From assembly GCA_003971905.1 (NCBI GenBank), contig RSEE01000223.1, positions 1 through 32,394 of the forward strand: a stretch of 32,394 nucleotides of DNA, read 5' to 3'. The notes under the pieces were generated by a model. The model did no database searches. It was not told the origin of the DNA and saw nothing but the letters and a program-made list of their open reading frames with translations. Shown piece by piece: positions 22,335 through 32,394 of the stretch. Numbering within the stretch: position 1 is the first letter of the stretch; each line of letters opens with the position of its first letter. Position numbers and translations under genes: made by a program. The DNA comes from Moniliella sp. 'wahieum' (Eukaryota).

Positions 22335-23425
22335 ACGATGATCGATGATCAATGATCAATGATTAATGGTCGATAATATATATAGTTAGCCGATAGCGCG
22401 TCCATAGCGGCGGCGTCTGGTTACCGGTTATATCGGTTATCACTGATGAAAGTACTAAAAGAGGTACTTCTTCCTAGGGCTATTTGTTAGTTTTGCTCTA
22501 GTGGTATAGTGATGATGAACATACTGCCAGGGATGTCAGCATGTCACAGGCTCATGTGCTGAGGCGGTGCTGAGGCGGTGCTGAGGCGTGCGGAGGCACT
22601 GAGACCAGAGGCAGAGGCAGGCAATAGGGAGGCCTAGTCACAAATTTACCTATACTGTTATTACTCTTATATACTGCTTGTTTCTTGGCTGTGGGTCTCC
22701 CAGGTACGTCTCCCTCTATGAATAGGGCCAAGGGGAAAGACCATCTTGTGGAGCTAATACATGTCTGTACTTGTCCTCCATTGGTAGTATTTGTGCTTAG
22801 TCCAATACCAGTACCAAAACGTAGTTCAGCGCACGTTCAACACGTTCAACGTTCAACGTTCAACGTTCAACGAACGTTCATCGATCATCGATCATCAGCG
22901 GCGTTCAGTGTCTTCAAGCTTGAAGCTTGAAGCTCACACGCGTTGAGACACGTTGACGGTTGAAGTTCAACGTTCAGATCTCAGATCTCAGAGATCTCAG
23001 ATCCATCAGGCGTCAGATTCAAATCTCACAGGCCCCAGGCTCATCCTGAGTATCTAGCCCACTCTCTGAGCCCACTTGCCACTGTCATCGACGTCATCGA
23101 TCATCGTCCACGGTTCATGCGTTCACTGCAACAATGGGGGGAGAGAACGGTTCGATATATCGTTGCAGGTCCGACTGGAGCCCCGCGGGGGTGTAGGAAC
23201 GGTGACGAAGTCCTGTTTCTCCTGCTAGTACTAACTATTCGACAGATGGGAGGCGAAAAGGAGGGGAATCGGAGCACTTACGCCGGTTTTTTGATGCGCA
23301 GTACAGACAGGGCCCAAAATGTGGTCTGAGATCTGAGGTCTAAGAAGATCAAAACCTCTTCACAAGCTCATGAGGCCTATTAAGGTCCAAGAAGGCGTAA
23401 GGCCTAAGCTCTTAGGTCCAACAGA
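22335..23425. repeat. Cluster 4 of TNA + palindromic 4-mer heptamer expansions, upstream of the MFS gene
   Basis: (TCAACGT)n at about 22843-22872, TCATCGATCATCGATCATC at about 22878, GTTCAACGTTCAGATCTCAGATCTCAGA 22965-22992, GGTTACCGGTTA at about 22419, TCTGAGATCTGA at about 23325. Confidence 0.88.
22554..22600. repeat. 11-bp tandem repeat
   Basis: (GTGCTGAGGCG)3 plus a degenerate copy. Confidence 0.7.
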
Positions 23426-23640
23426 TCTAGAGTCTCAAACGTTTCAAGTATTATAGGGGTTGTATCTGGCCAGACCGTTCTTGTATTAAAGCAGTGCCCC
23501 TCGTCGTGTTGGAAAGCATCTCACCAACACAGATTGCGACCTCTACTACTTCTACCTTTCACTCTTATCAGCATCTTTTTCCATCTCCATCACATCTTAT
23601 TAACTCTCTCCGTTATCGCGACGGCTCTTATTTGCCTGCA

Positions 23641-25518
23641 ATGGTCCTCAAGAAGCAATCAAACACCCGCGCGGACATCTTTCCTGGTAAGGAACAATAC
23701 ACTACAGCCGACGCTGACCACGAGGCAGCTGCAACATCCGAGGCGGAGACACATACAGCATCTCCCAGTATCGATCATGGTTCTGTAACCCACCTTAACC
23801 AGGATATCCTCAAAGAGGTATCGGAGGGCAAGATCATCCTCGTCGACTGGGATGGGCCTGACGACCCCATGAACCCCATGAACTGGTCGACGAGGAAAAA
23901 ATGGACCAACACCAGTCTCCTGTGCGCCATGTGCCTCTTCATCGGTTTGGCAACCGCCGCCTATGGTTCCGGTGTCTCAAGAATGTGCAAGGAGCTGAAT
24001 GCTGGTACGTCTATGCGCCACTATTTTTTGGGGAACAATGCTAACCATGAGATGGATTACACACAGGAATTGAACTTGGACGTGTGGGTTTTACCGTGTT
24101 CAACGTAGCCTTTGCCCTGGTACGTATTTCACCACTATACCCGCTTTCGCTTTGATGTGGGGAAATCCGTTGCTGATTTTTTTCTCCTTCGTAGGTTCCT
24201 CCTATTCTGGGGCCCGTGTCCGAGTTTGTTGGGGCGCAACCCGTCTACTTGATCTGCTACGCTGGGTTTGTTATTTGGTTCGTGGCTCTCTTTGAGGCGC
24301 AAAATATTTGGACAATTGTTATTGGCCGCTTCTTTTCGGGTTGTTTTGGAGCAGCCGGTGTGACGATCATTCCGGGAACACTCGCTTCAATCTGGCGTCC
24401 CAACGAGATCGGGCTACCTGTCGCGCTCTTCACCCTTGTCGCCGTGTTGGGCACAGCTGCTTCGCCTCTATATGCTGGATACATTGATGCGCGCCACAAT
24501 CTGGGCTGGCGCGCCATCGAGTGGATTCAAATGGCCATCAATGGCACCGCACTGATTCTAGAGTGCATCTTCCTGCGTGAGCCCCGTGGCAGTGCTCTCC
24601 TTTCGCGCCGAGCCAAGAAGCTGCGCAAGGAGACAGGCGATAACCGTTATCGCTCTCGAGATGAATTGGAAACGCCAAGTTTGAAGGAACTTCTCAAGGT
24701 CTCTACGACTCGTGCGGCGGTAATGATTGTGAAGGAACCAGTTGTCCTCTTCTTCTCCCTCTGGTTGTCATACATGTGGAGTTTGATCTTTGCCCTCTTC
24801 AGTGCCATTCCAATTGCCTTCTCCACAAAGCGTGGCTGGGGTGAAGGAAACACCGGTCTAGCTTACATTGGTCCAATCATTGGCACCTTCATTGGCTGGG
24901 TGTTCCTTTTCCACGACTCTTACCTCTACCAGAAATCTGCCGACGCACACGGTGGGCATGCCATACCCGAGGTGCGCCTGTACTACGGCGCCGCAGGGGG
25001 CATTGTATCCACTATTGGCATGTTCATTTTCCTTTACGGCCCCCTACACGTGGGTGCATTGGATCGCCCCCGAAATCGGCCTCGCTGTACTTCTGATCGG
25101 AATTGTGTGGGTTTTCCAATCGGTGCAGGCATATCTGACTGATGCGTACGGGGAGTCGAGTGCCTCAGCCATTGGTGCTCAAGGCTTCATTCGTAACCTA
25201 ATGGCCGCAAGCTTCCCCTTGTTTACCACCCAGATGTTCAACAACATGGGCTTTCAGTACGCTGGTCTACTGCTCAGTCTTCTGATCGCTATTGCCATCC
25301 CCCTTCCTTTCATCTTGATCTGGAAGGGCGCGTCCATCCGTGCTCGCTCGCCATACGCTGCCGTCCAGACCGAGGCCACGTTGGAAGGCCCAGTTAGTGG
25401 CACTGGACGTGCAGAGATCGATCGCCAGGATGCAAAGGGGGCCGAATCTCCAGCTGCCACTGACATCGAAAGCCATCCCACACAGGAGAAGGTGGCCGAA
25501 TCACCCATTCAGCCTTAG
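23641..25518 (+). CDS. MFS transporter, DHA1 (drug:H+ antiporter 1, Tpo/Flr-like) family; two introns and one apparent frameshift
   Basis: Motifs VDWDGPDDPMNPMNWSTRKKW, GPVSEFVG, IGRFFSG, LGWRAIEW, LRKETG, KEPVV, PEVRL, YLTDAY and FPLFTTQMF. Introns 24005-24066 and 24120-24194. Frame switch near 25040. Confidence 0.9.
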
Positions 25519-25856
25519 GCTTCTGTATTATCAATCACGTCACTTCATTGGAGGGGTATTAGTTCCCCAGGCAAGCTACAATGGCCCTGTTTTGTCTCGC
25601 ATCTTTCTGTCCCTCCCTTTCCTATTCCTGATCATTCATCACTTCTTGCTGCTCCTGCCCATTTGGTACTGAACGCCTATATATGTCACGTCTACATCAG
25701 AGATACTATAGCCTGGTGATTTTCATTCTATGTGCCGGTCTCCGAGTGCTCTCTTTAATACGCAGAACCAAGAGGAGAGAGTTGTCTGTTCCCATTAAAG
25801 TTTATGGTACCAGCCGGAGGGCGCACTCAAGAGCCTTTAATCGCCTTAATTATGCA

Positions 25857-25945
25857 TTCATATCATTGACAGAGCTTAAGGCGGGGACAGGGAAACTCTA
25901 CGCTCATCTTGCGTGTGTTACTTTTTGGCAGCGCCACTGCCACTG
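25857..25945 (+). mobile_element. Unclassified repeat family, copy F (diverged L-type end)
   Basis: TTCATATCATTGACAGAGCTTAAGGCGGGGACAGGGAAAC...TCATCTTGCG.G.GTTACTT...GCGCCACT matches copy A, with an internal deletion. Confidence 0.75.
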
Positions 25946-26280
25946 CTAGGGAAAAAAGTAAACGCGAGGTTACCGGTTACTGTTCCACCATGCCGCAGCG
26001 GGCAAAAGGAATGGGTACTGAGTTGGGAGCTCACATGTCACAGCCCACATGTATACTACTGAAATGTTTCTTACTACTAATCCACGCCAAGAGCTATGGA
26101 TCCAGAGTTTGGAAGCGAATGGCGCCGAAGAGATCACCAGGCGGTCCTTATATACCTGTCGGCGATTGGGTTACTTTTTTGGCATCAACAAGCAGCACAC
26201 GCCGAATGAGCGAAACGATTCTTTGTCCCAACCTTTGACTCTGTAAATATATGATGAAGATGAGGGTGCATTTTGTTTGC

Positions 26281-26321
26281 CTCTTCTCGCCTCTTCTCGT
26301 CTCTTCTCGTCTCTTCTCGTC
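26281..26321. repeat. 10-bp tandem repeat
   Basis: (CTCTTCTCG(C/T))4. Confidence 0.8.
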
Positions 26322-26836
26322 CCTTCGAATCTCTGATGACTCTTATGTCTCTCCGGCCAGTTACGAGATGAACATCAGTGTATTATTATAGAGATAGAGC
26401 AATGAATGTCCAAAATACTTGCCAAACAGGGGACAAATGAGTAATGACGATGTAGCCATCCCAAACCTACTGATGGATCTAAGCCTGAGCCAGTGAAGGT
26501 ACGGGTTGCTGTATACTTCGCATTATTTTGGTGTACCACACTGAAATAAATAAAAGCATTGCATGCGTTCGCGTTATGGCACCAACTTGTGACGGACACT
26601 AGGGTTTCGCCCTAGGGTTAGTTTCGTCGATCTGTGATTATCGACGTGGCATTTCTTCGCGGCGGCGCCACGTTGGCGTTGAACGAGACAAGCACCACCA
26701 TCGCTTCATCCGCCACCTTGCCGGCGAGCCCTTGAAGCACATCTTCTCGGTCTCCGCCTCTCTGCGACGCCACGTTCCCACCCATTCACTCTCCTTACCT
26801 CTTCTGACCCCCTTCTCGTTTCGCTCGCCGGCCGCC

Positions 26837-29623
26837 ATGGATTCGCCCGCGAGCAGCGTGCTGCGAGAGCGGCGCCGGCCCCTCAAGGACTCCGTGCCCT
26901 CCACTACCACAGACTCTTCTCCTGTTGGTGACATCTCTACATCCACTTCCAAGATGCGGACAAATCCCGCTCCCTCTTCACGACGGGCAGAGTTTGTCCT
27001 GTTTGCCTCGGTTCTGCTCGTGACCGCCGCCGTTCGCTTCTACCGACTCGGCCAACCAAGCAGCGTTGTGTATGTCTAATGTCTTCAGCCCAGCATGCTA
27101 TCTGGGTTGTGCCTCTGACGCGGATTCTCTCTCCTTAGATTTGACGAACTTCATTTTGGTGGGTTTGCTAGCAAGTACATCAACCGCGTCTTCTTCATGG
27201 ACGTACATCCGCCCTTGGCCAAGCTGTCGATCGCTGCTGCAGGTTGGCTGGCTGGGTTTGACGGCTCTTTCGACTTTTCCGAAATTGGCCGCGAATACCT
27301 CTATGGGCCGGACACGCCCGTACCATATCTCGAGATGCGCCTTCTCTGCGCCGTATTGGGCTACCTGACGCTTCCCGTGGCCTATTTCACTTTGCGTTCT
27401 TTGGGGCTGCGCGCAGCAACCAGCGCAGTGGGCACATTCATGCTTGGGCTTGACAACGCGTTGTCCACCCAGAGCCGATTGATCCTTCTTGACTCTCATC
27501 TTATATTCTTCACCGCTACGGCGGTCTTGGCCTACACCAAGTTTTCGCTTCTCAACGGTACGAGACCATTTACGAGAGCCTGGTGGCTTTGGCTCATTGC
27601 TACCGGCACCAGCCTGGGGTTAGTCGTCAGCGTCAAGTATGTGGGACTGTTCACGATCGCAACCATTGGCATTTTCACTGTGCTTCAGTTGTGGAACATC
27701 CTTGTCGATCCGAAGGTCGGACTAGTTCTGTTCGTTAAGCACTTTGTTGCTCGCGCCCTGTTCTTGATTCTGTGGCCTGCGTCCATTTACACGTTCTGGT
27801 TTGCTGTCCATCTGCGTGTCATCAACCGCTCTGGTTCGCAGGATAATTTTATGCCATCTGAGTTCCAGCACAGTTTACTCGGCCATGAGATGCTTCCTAC
27901 ATTCGCCGATGTGGCCTTTGGGTCGACCGTTACGATCCGCCATCTGAATACCCAAGGGGGGTATCTGCATTCTCACCCACACGCCTACGAGACCGGTTCC
28001 AAGCAACAACAGATCACGTTGTATCCTCACTCGGATGAGAACAACGAATGGCTTGTCATTCGTGCACCTCCGCTCGACGCCGAGGTGCCCACAGATGAAG
28101 ATGGTGTTCCTCTTACACTCGAAGGACCCCATGAGGTGGAACAACATCTCGACCAGCTGGAATGGCTTCGCAACGGCGACATTATCCGCCTAACCCATCG
28201 CACCTCGGATAAGCGCTTGCACTCGCATGACATTCGTCCGCCCATGACCGACGCTGATTACCAAAACGAGGTTTCGGCGTATGGGTTTACCAACTTTGCT
28301 GGTGACGGGAACGACAATTGGATTGTCGAGATCGACACTTCTCTTAGCCACGACAAGGAATCGCGCGAGAGGGTGCGCGCCCTTCGCACTGTATTCCGTT
28401 TGCCCCCCTTTTCGGGGTGCTACCTGTTCTCCCACCCTGTCGAGCTCCCCGAATGGGCCTTTTCTCAACAGGAGGTGACCTGCAACTCATCTCCCACCCG
28501 ACCCAATACGTTATGGTTCATTGAAACCAATGTTCATCCTATGTTGGAAGAGGAACCCACGGCGGTCAAGGTCAACTATCGCACTCCCTCCTTTTGGCAA
28601 AAGTTTATCGAGTTGCAAAAGGTAATGTTCAAGACAAATTCGGGTTTGACCGAGCGTCATGTGTACGACTCGCGCCCGTCCCAGTGGCCGCTGTTGCGCC
28701 GTGGGATAAACTTTTGGAACAAGGAAAGCCGACAAGTGTATTTGTTGGGCAATCCATTTGTCTGGTGGGCTTCTGCGGCAGCGACCTTGATATATTTGGG
28801 TACGCGCGTGTTGCTCATGCTACGAAGCAAGCGTGGCTACCCCGAATTGACCCGCCGCAAGGTTGTCTTTTACGATACCATCCTTGCGTTCCTCGTTTGC
28901 GGTTGGGCTTTGCACTACCTCCCTTTCTTCTTGATGGAGCGGCAGCTCTTTCTCCATCACTACCTCCCAGCGTTGTATTTCAGCGTTCTGATTTTTGCCA
29001 CAGTGCTGGACGCTGTGATGGGGGCACTACCCTCTCGTTATGCCCGTTGGGGCTTGGTCTCCCTCGTCGTACTTCTTACCACGGCGGCATGGTGGCGCAT
29101 CGCACCGTTGAGCTATGGATCACAATGGACCCTGGAGCAATGCGAGGCCGCGCGACTCCGTCAACCCTGGGACTTGGATTGCGTCAATTTCCCGTTTCAC
29201 CTCAGTGAGTATGCATCGCTCCCACCGGGCATCAAGACGGAGCCCAGTGCCCAGGAGATTGAAGCTGAGGGGGCGAAGCGCCGCCAGTCTAAGGCCGATG
29301 AGGCTGCCCGGCTGGTAGAGGAGCAAGACGCATTTATGTGGTACCGCAACCTCATCCACGACACGGGCATGCCCCCGGCCGATGACGATCCAGTGATTGA
29401 GACGTTGGAGGAATACCAAGCCTTCCAACAAGAGCATCCTGACTTCCATCCGTATGTGGTGTACCACATGCAGGCAAGCGGTGGTGGCCCCAGTTCGACG
29501 TCGGAAGAGGCCCATATCACTGGGCCCGACGATGAACCGTACAAAGTCAAGGTCGAGCCTGGTCGACATGCATTCGAGAATCCGCCCGCGGTGGCAGTGC
29601 AGAGTGGACCCCCACGCTACTAA
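26837..29623 (+). CDS. PMT1: Dolichyl-phosphate-mannose:protein O-mannosyltransferase, PMT1 subfamily; one intron
   Basis: Splicing 27070-27138 gives VVFDELHFGGFASKY...FMDVHPPL, the PMT1-type loop-1 motif. Also QSRLILLD, MIR domains (GGYLHSH, RLHSH), YLLGNP and RQLFLHHYLPALYF. Confidence 0.92.
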
Positions 29624-29736
29624 CGACTAATCCATCATTGTTCCAGCTATTCAGCAGGCCTAATGGAAACATGTGGGCAACCATTTTGAAGAATACAAGG
29701 GTGGCATCAAACGAGGGACGGGTGGGAAGAAACAAT

Positions 29737-31848
29737 CTAGTCAGAGTCAGAATCGGTGTCTGTGTCCTCGTCTTCGCTTGAGCTCCCGCCCGAGGCATCC
29801 TCGTCCTCCTCGCCTTCATCCTCCGACCCGGCATCGCCATGGACAGGGGATCGCTTCACATTTTCCCCACGCATCAATGCCAATTGGCCCGCCAGCGTAT
29901 CTTCATCCGCCTCTGAAATATCGTCGTCGAAGTCATCCTCCGCATCGAGCACAGCGGGGTCTTCCACAGTCAGTCGCAACGCCTGTTCAGCGTCCGATCC
30001 AAGGAATGAATCAGAGCGCACGACTACATTAAATGTGTAGACACCAGCCGAAGGAGGAGCCGAGAAGGAGAGGGTGAATGTGCGTGTTGTAGTCCCCACA
30101 TCAGTTACTCGCGTAGGCTGGACCATGACGCGGTCTACCTTCGAGTCGCCAACGAAGACAACCCAATGGGGTTTTCGCTCGCCGATGAGGTAAGGGGCGC
30201 GAGCCGAGCCGATGGGGACAGAGCCAGCATCCTCCGGGCCGGCATCCCCATCGTCTACCTCAGGATGGGGGACAGTCTCTTTGGTCTCAGGACCGGTTTC
30301 TTTGGTGACCAAGATGTCCTTCGTCCGTCGGGCATCACCATCAACGCCATATTTAAGTAATTTAGGGAAATCGCCAGGCGGGGAAAGGCGGAGTTGGATG
30401 ACGAGCTGTACCAATGCCCCTGCAGTAACCAGCCGTTCACCTGCGACCTTGAACTGAGCACCTAGCAGCTGGATCCGGGGCCAGGCCTTGGCCACAGACA
30501 TCAAGCTAGCATACTCCTCCTCGTTCAGCCCCTTCTTGCCGTCGGTAAGGAGTGCATGCCGCTCATTCTCGGGCATGGCAACGAGGCCTTGAACACCCCA
30601 GTCAGCCCGGGCATTGGAAGCGCGCACCAGCTTCTCAGCAACTGGCAACGTCATGTTGGGCAGCTGTAGTAGTCCTGCTACAGCACGAGGCGCTTGGATG
30701 GGCACGGCCTGCACAATGCACTGTTGCAGCGCCAGCACATTCTCCGTTTGTTGGAACCAGTTGTGCCCAAGGCTAATTGACAACATCGACTGGATCAAGG
30801 GCAGTGCAGTAGAAGCAGCACGGTACTTGGCCTTTTCAAGCTCCGGACCAGAGGGTTTAATGCGCAACAAGTAAGCGTTAAGCAAAACCAGAGCACGTCG
30901 CACACTTTCCGAACGGAATGAAGAGGGTAAGGCGGCATCGGGGCCAAAATGCTTCAGTCCCTCACGTACCTGGCGCTCGAGAGCATCCAGTGCGGCTTGG
31001 CCAGTGTACGGCTTGCCTGATTTGGCAGAACGCTCAGCAAGCAAATCCAGACCTGGTTGGGAGAATTCCTCCGAGATGGCCAAAAGAGAGAGAAGGCGCG
31101 AGGCAGGCGTGTCGTCACGCAGGTTTTGGAAATAGGCTTGGGCAGTGGCATTGTACACGCCATCCTTGGTGCGTGACCGCGACCCATACCACCACCTGCC
31201 TACAAGCATGGGCAAAAGCAGGCCAAACACCAGGCCATAGGCACCCAAGACCCAAACATTGTTGTGGCTCTCAATGACCCAGGTCGGCAAGGCGATGCCC
31301 ATACTCATTTCCTGCCTCCCGTCGGGATGGCCATAAAGCTCGAAATTCTTGCGGATGGTCTCGTCAGTCAACGCCTTGTAGGCCTTGGTGAGCTCAATAA
31401 AGTGTGCCTCCGCATCAGAAGCAGTCTCGTTTGGGCCGAGCACAAGCTTATCGGGGTGGAACTTGAGACTGAGCTTGCGGTAGTGCTTGCGGACTTGCTT
31501 CTCGGTGGCCGAGGCACCAATACCGAGGATGGAGAAAGGGTCGTAGATTTTGTTGGGCGACGAGGCAGTGGTGGTGGAGAGTTTGTGGGCGAGGAGGCCC
31601 ACAGCCGCCCATCCGAGCAGAATACAGAGGGTGCGGAGACTGATGCGCGGGCCAAGACGCGTGCTGAGTGCGGCGACGGGGGGGATCTTCTGGCCAGGGG
31701 CGTCGAACGCGCCCTGGTGGGTGGAGCGGGTGCGGCGGCGGAGCGAAAGGCCGGACCACGTAAGCGGGACGAGCACGAGACAGAGGACGCTGATGACGAA
31801 GGTGAGGAACTGCGTCCCCTCGTCGTCGTACTTGTAGGACCCAGCCAT
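29737..31848 (-). CDS. SEC63: ER translocon subunit Sec63
   Basis: YKYDDEG N-terminus, transmembrane helices, J-domain with HPD (LKFHPDK), YGHPDG, GIALP.W, Brl/Sec63 domain (SDSFLGSD) and acidic tail. Intact 703-aa ORF. Confidence 0.96.
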   Translation of the reverse strand: MAGSYKYDDEGTQFLTFVISVLCLVLVPLTWSGLSLRRRTRSTHQGAFDAPGQKIPPVAALSTRLGPRISLRTLCILLGWAAVGLLAHKLSTTTASSPNKIYDPFSILGIGASATEKQVRKHYRKLSLKFHPDKLVLGPNETASDAEAHFIELTKAYKALTDETIRKNFELYGHPDGRQEMSMGIALPTWVIESHNNVWVLGAYGLVFGLLLPMLVGRWWYGSRSRTKDGVYNATAQAYFQNLRDDTPASRLLSLLAISEEFSQPGLDLLAERSAKSGKPYTGQAALDALERQVREGLKHFGPDAALPSSFRSESVRRALVLLNAYLLRIKPSGPELEKAKYRAASTALPLIQSMLSISLGHNWFQQTENVLALQQCIVQAVPIQAPRAVAGLLQLPNMTLPVAEKLVRASNARADWGVQGLVAMPENERHALLTDGKKGLNEEEYASLMSVAKAWPRIQLLGAQFKVAGERLVTAGALVQLVIQLRLSPPGDFPKLLKYGVDGDARRTKDILVTKETGPETKETVPHPEVDDGDAGPEDAGSVPIGSARAPYLIGERKPHWVVFVGDSKVDRVMVQPTRVTDVGTTTRTFTLSFSAPPSAGVYTFNVVVRSDSFLGSDAEQALRLTVEDPAVLDAEDDFDDDISEADEDTLAGQLALMRGENVKRSPVHGDAGSEDEGEEDEDASGGSSSEDEDTDTDSDSD

Positions 31849-32168
31849 GGCGGGCGGGAGGCGGTGGTGGGGCGAGCGGGAGCAGGCGCGGGTGCGACGT
31901 GGAAGAAGCAGCGGCGCGGAGATGCGTGACGTATGCGTGATGACGCTAGGGTTGTCTCTTGCTGTCTTCGGATCGAAGCGAGTTCAATGTTTCAACGTAC
32001 ACCGTTTGAATGTTCAACTTGGGCCTCCAGCGCTTCCGACGTCAGATGAAGCCTCAGATCCTCATAGATTGAAGATACGCAGGCGACACGACGCCCCAGG
32101 CGATCGCAGCCGCTGTCATCCGAGTTCATCTCCATCTCCCTTGCGCCACCCACAAACCCGCCCTGGAT
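31849..32168. promoter_or_regulatory. Probable bidirectional promoter between SEC63 and the sirtuin
   Basis: 320 bp separate the divergent ATGs at 31848 (-) and 32169 (+). Contains TGACGT (CRE-like) motifs. Confidence 0.45.
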
Positions 32169-32394
32169 ATGTCGTCCGACGTGGCCAGCTTCCAGGCGTA
32201 TATGGCGCAGTCGCGCCGGGTAGTTGCTTTGCTGGGGGCTGGACTGAGTGCATCCAGTGGCCTCGGCACCTTCCGCGGACCAGGAGGGGTGTGGCGCCAT
32301 CGCAGCGCCATGTCGCTCGCCTCACCTCAAGCCTTTGCCGCGGACCCGGGCCTGGTATGGTCCTTTTACTCTGCCCGGCGCGCGGCCGTGCTTC
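32169..32394 (+). CDS. Sir2-family NAD-dependent deacylase (class III, CobB/SIRT5-like), 5' part; continues in frame at window position 1
   Basis: ATG at 32169 opens MSSDVASFQAYMAQSRRVVALLGAGLSASSGLGTFRG...WSFYSARRAAVL with no stop before the window end. It has the GAGxSxxSGxxTFRG NAD-binding motif and the YxxR motif typical of class III (SIRT5-type) enzymes. Confidence 0.92.
   Translation, partial: MSSDVASFQAYMAQSRRVVALLGAGLSASSGLGTFRGPGGVWRHRSAMSLASPQAFAADPGLVWSFYSARRAAVL

Noticed and set aside
28594..31929. Long alternative-frame and antisense ORFs over PMT1 and SEC63 (e.g. 28594-29208, 31264-31929)
   Set aside because: Shadow ORFs of GC-rich coding sequence with no recognisable motifs.

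Overview
Fungal genomic DNA, most likely a basidiomycete of the Ustilaginomycotina, judged from GT-CTRAC-AG introns, a DUF6533-type membrane protein and the gene sequences. Host genes are a class III sirtuin, an MDR-family oxidoreductase, a DUF6533-like 7TM protein, phosphofructokinase, a DHA1-type MFS transporter, PMT1 and SEC63. They are interleaved with transposon-rich blocks (about 0.7-3.3, 4.7-7.2, 8.6-10.8, 14.5-23.4 and 25.7-26.3 kb). Three things stand out. (1) The window is circularly closed: base 32394 joins base 1 in frame inside the sirtuin gene. (2) Intergenic DNA holds dozens of 7-bp expansions that follow one rule: a TNA core plus two flanking bases is duplicated around an inverted dinucleotide. 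These look like hairpin (P-nucleotide) repair footprints, and one has an empty-site paralog in the window. (3) An unrecognised repeat family with CATTGACAGAGCTTAAGGCTGGGACA ends occurs in two end types, with a head-to-head end junction, nested TG...CA insertions carrying 5-bp TSDs, and a conserved protein remnant. Frameshifts in several housekeeping genes are most simply explained as long-read errors. All calls come from reading the sequence; no database search was run.
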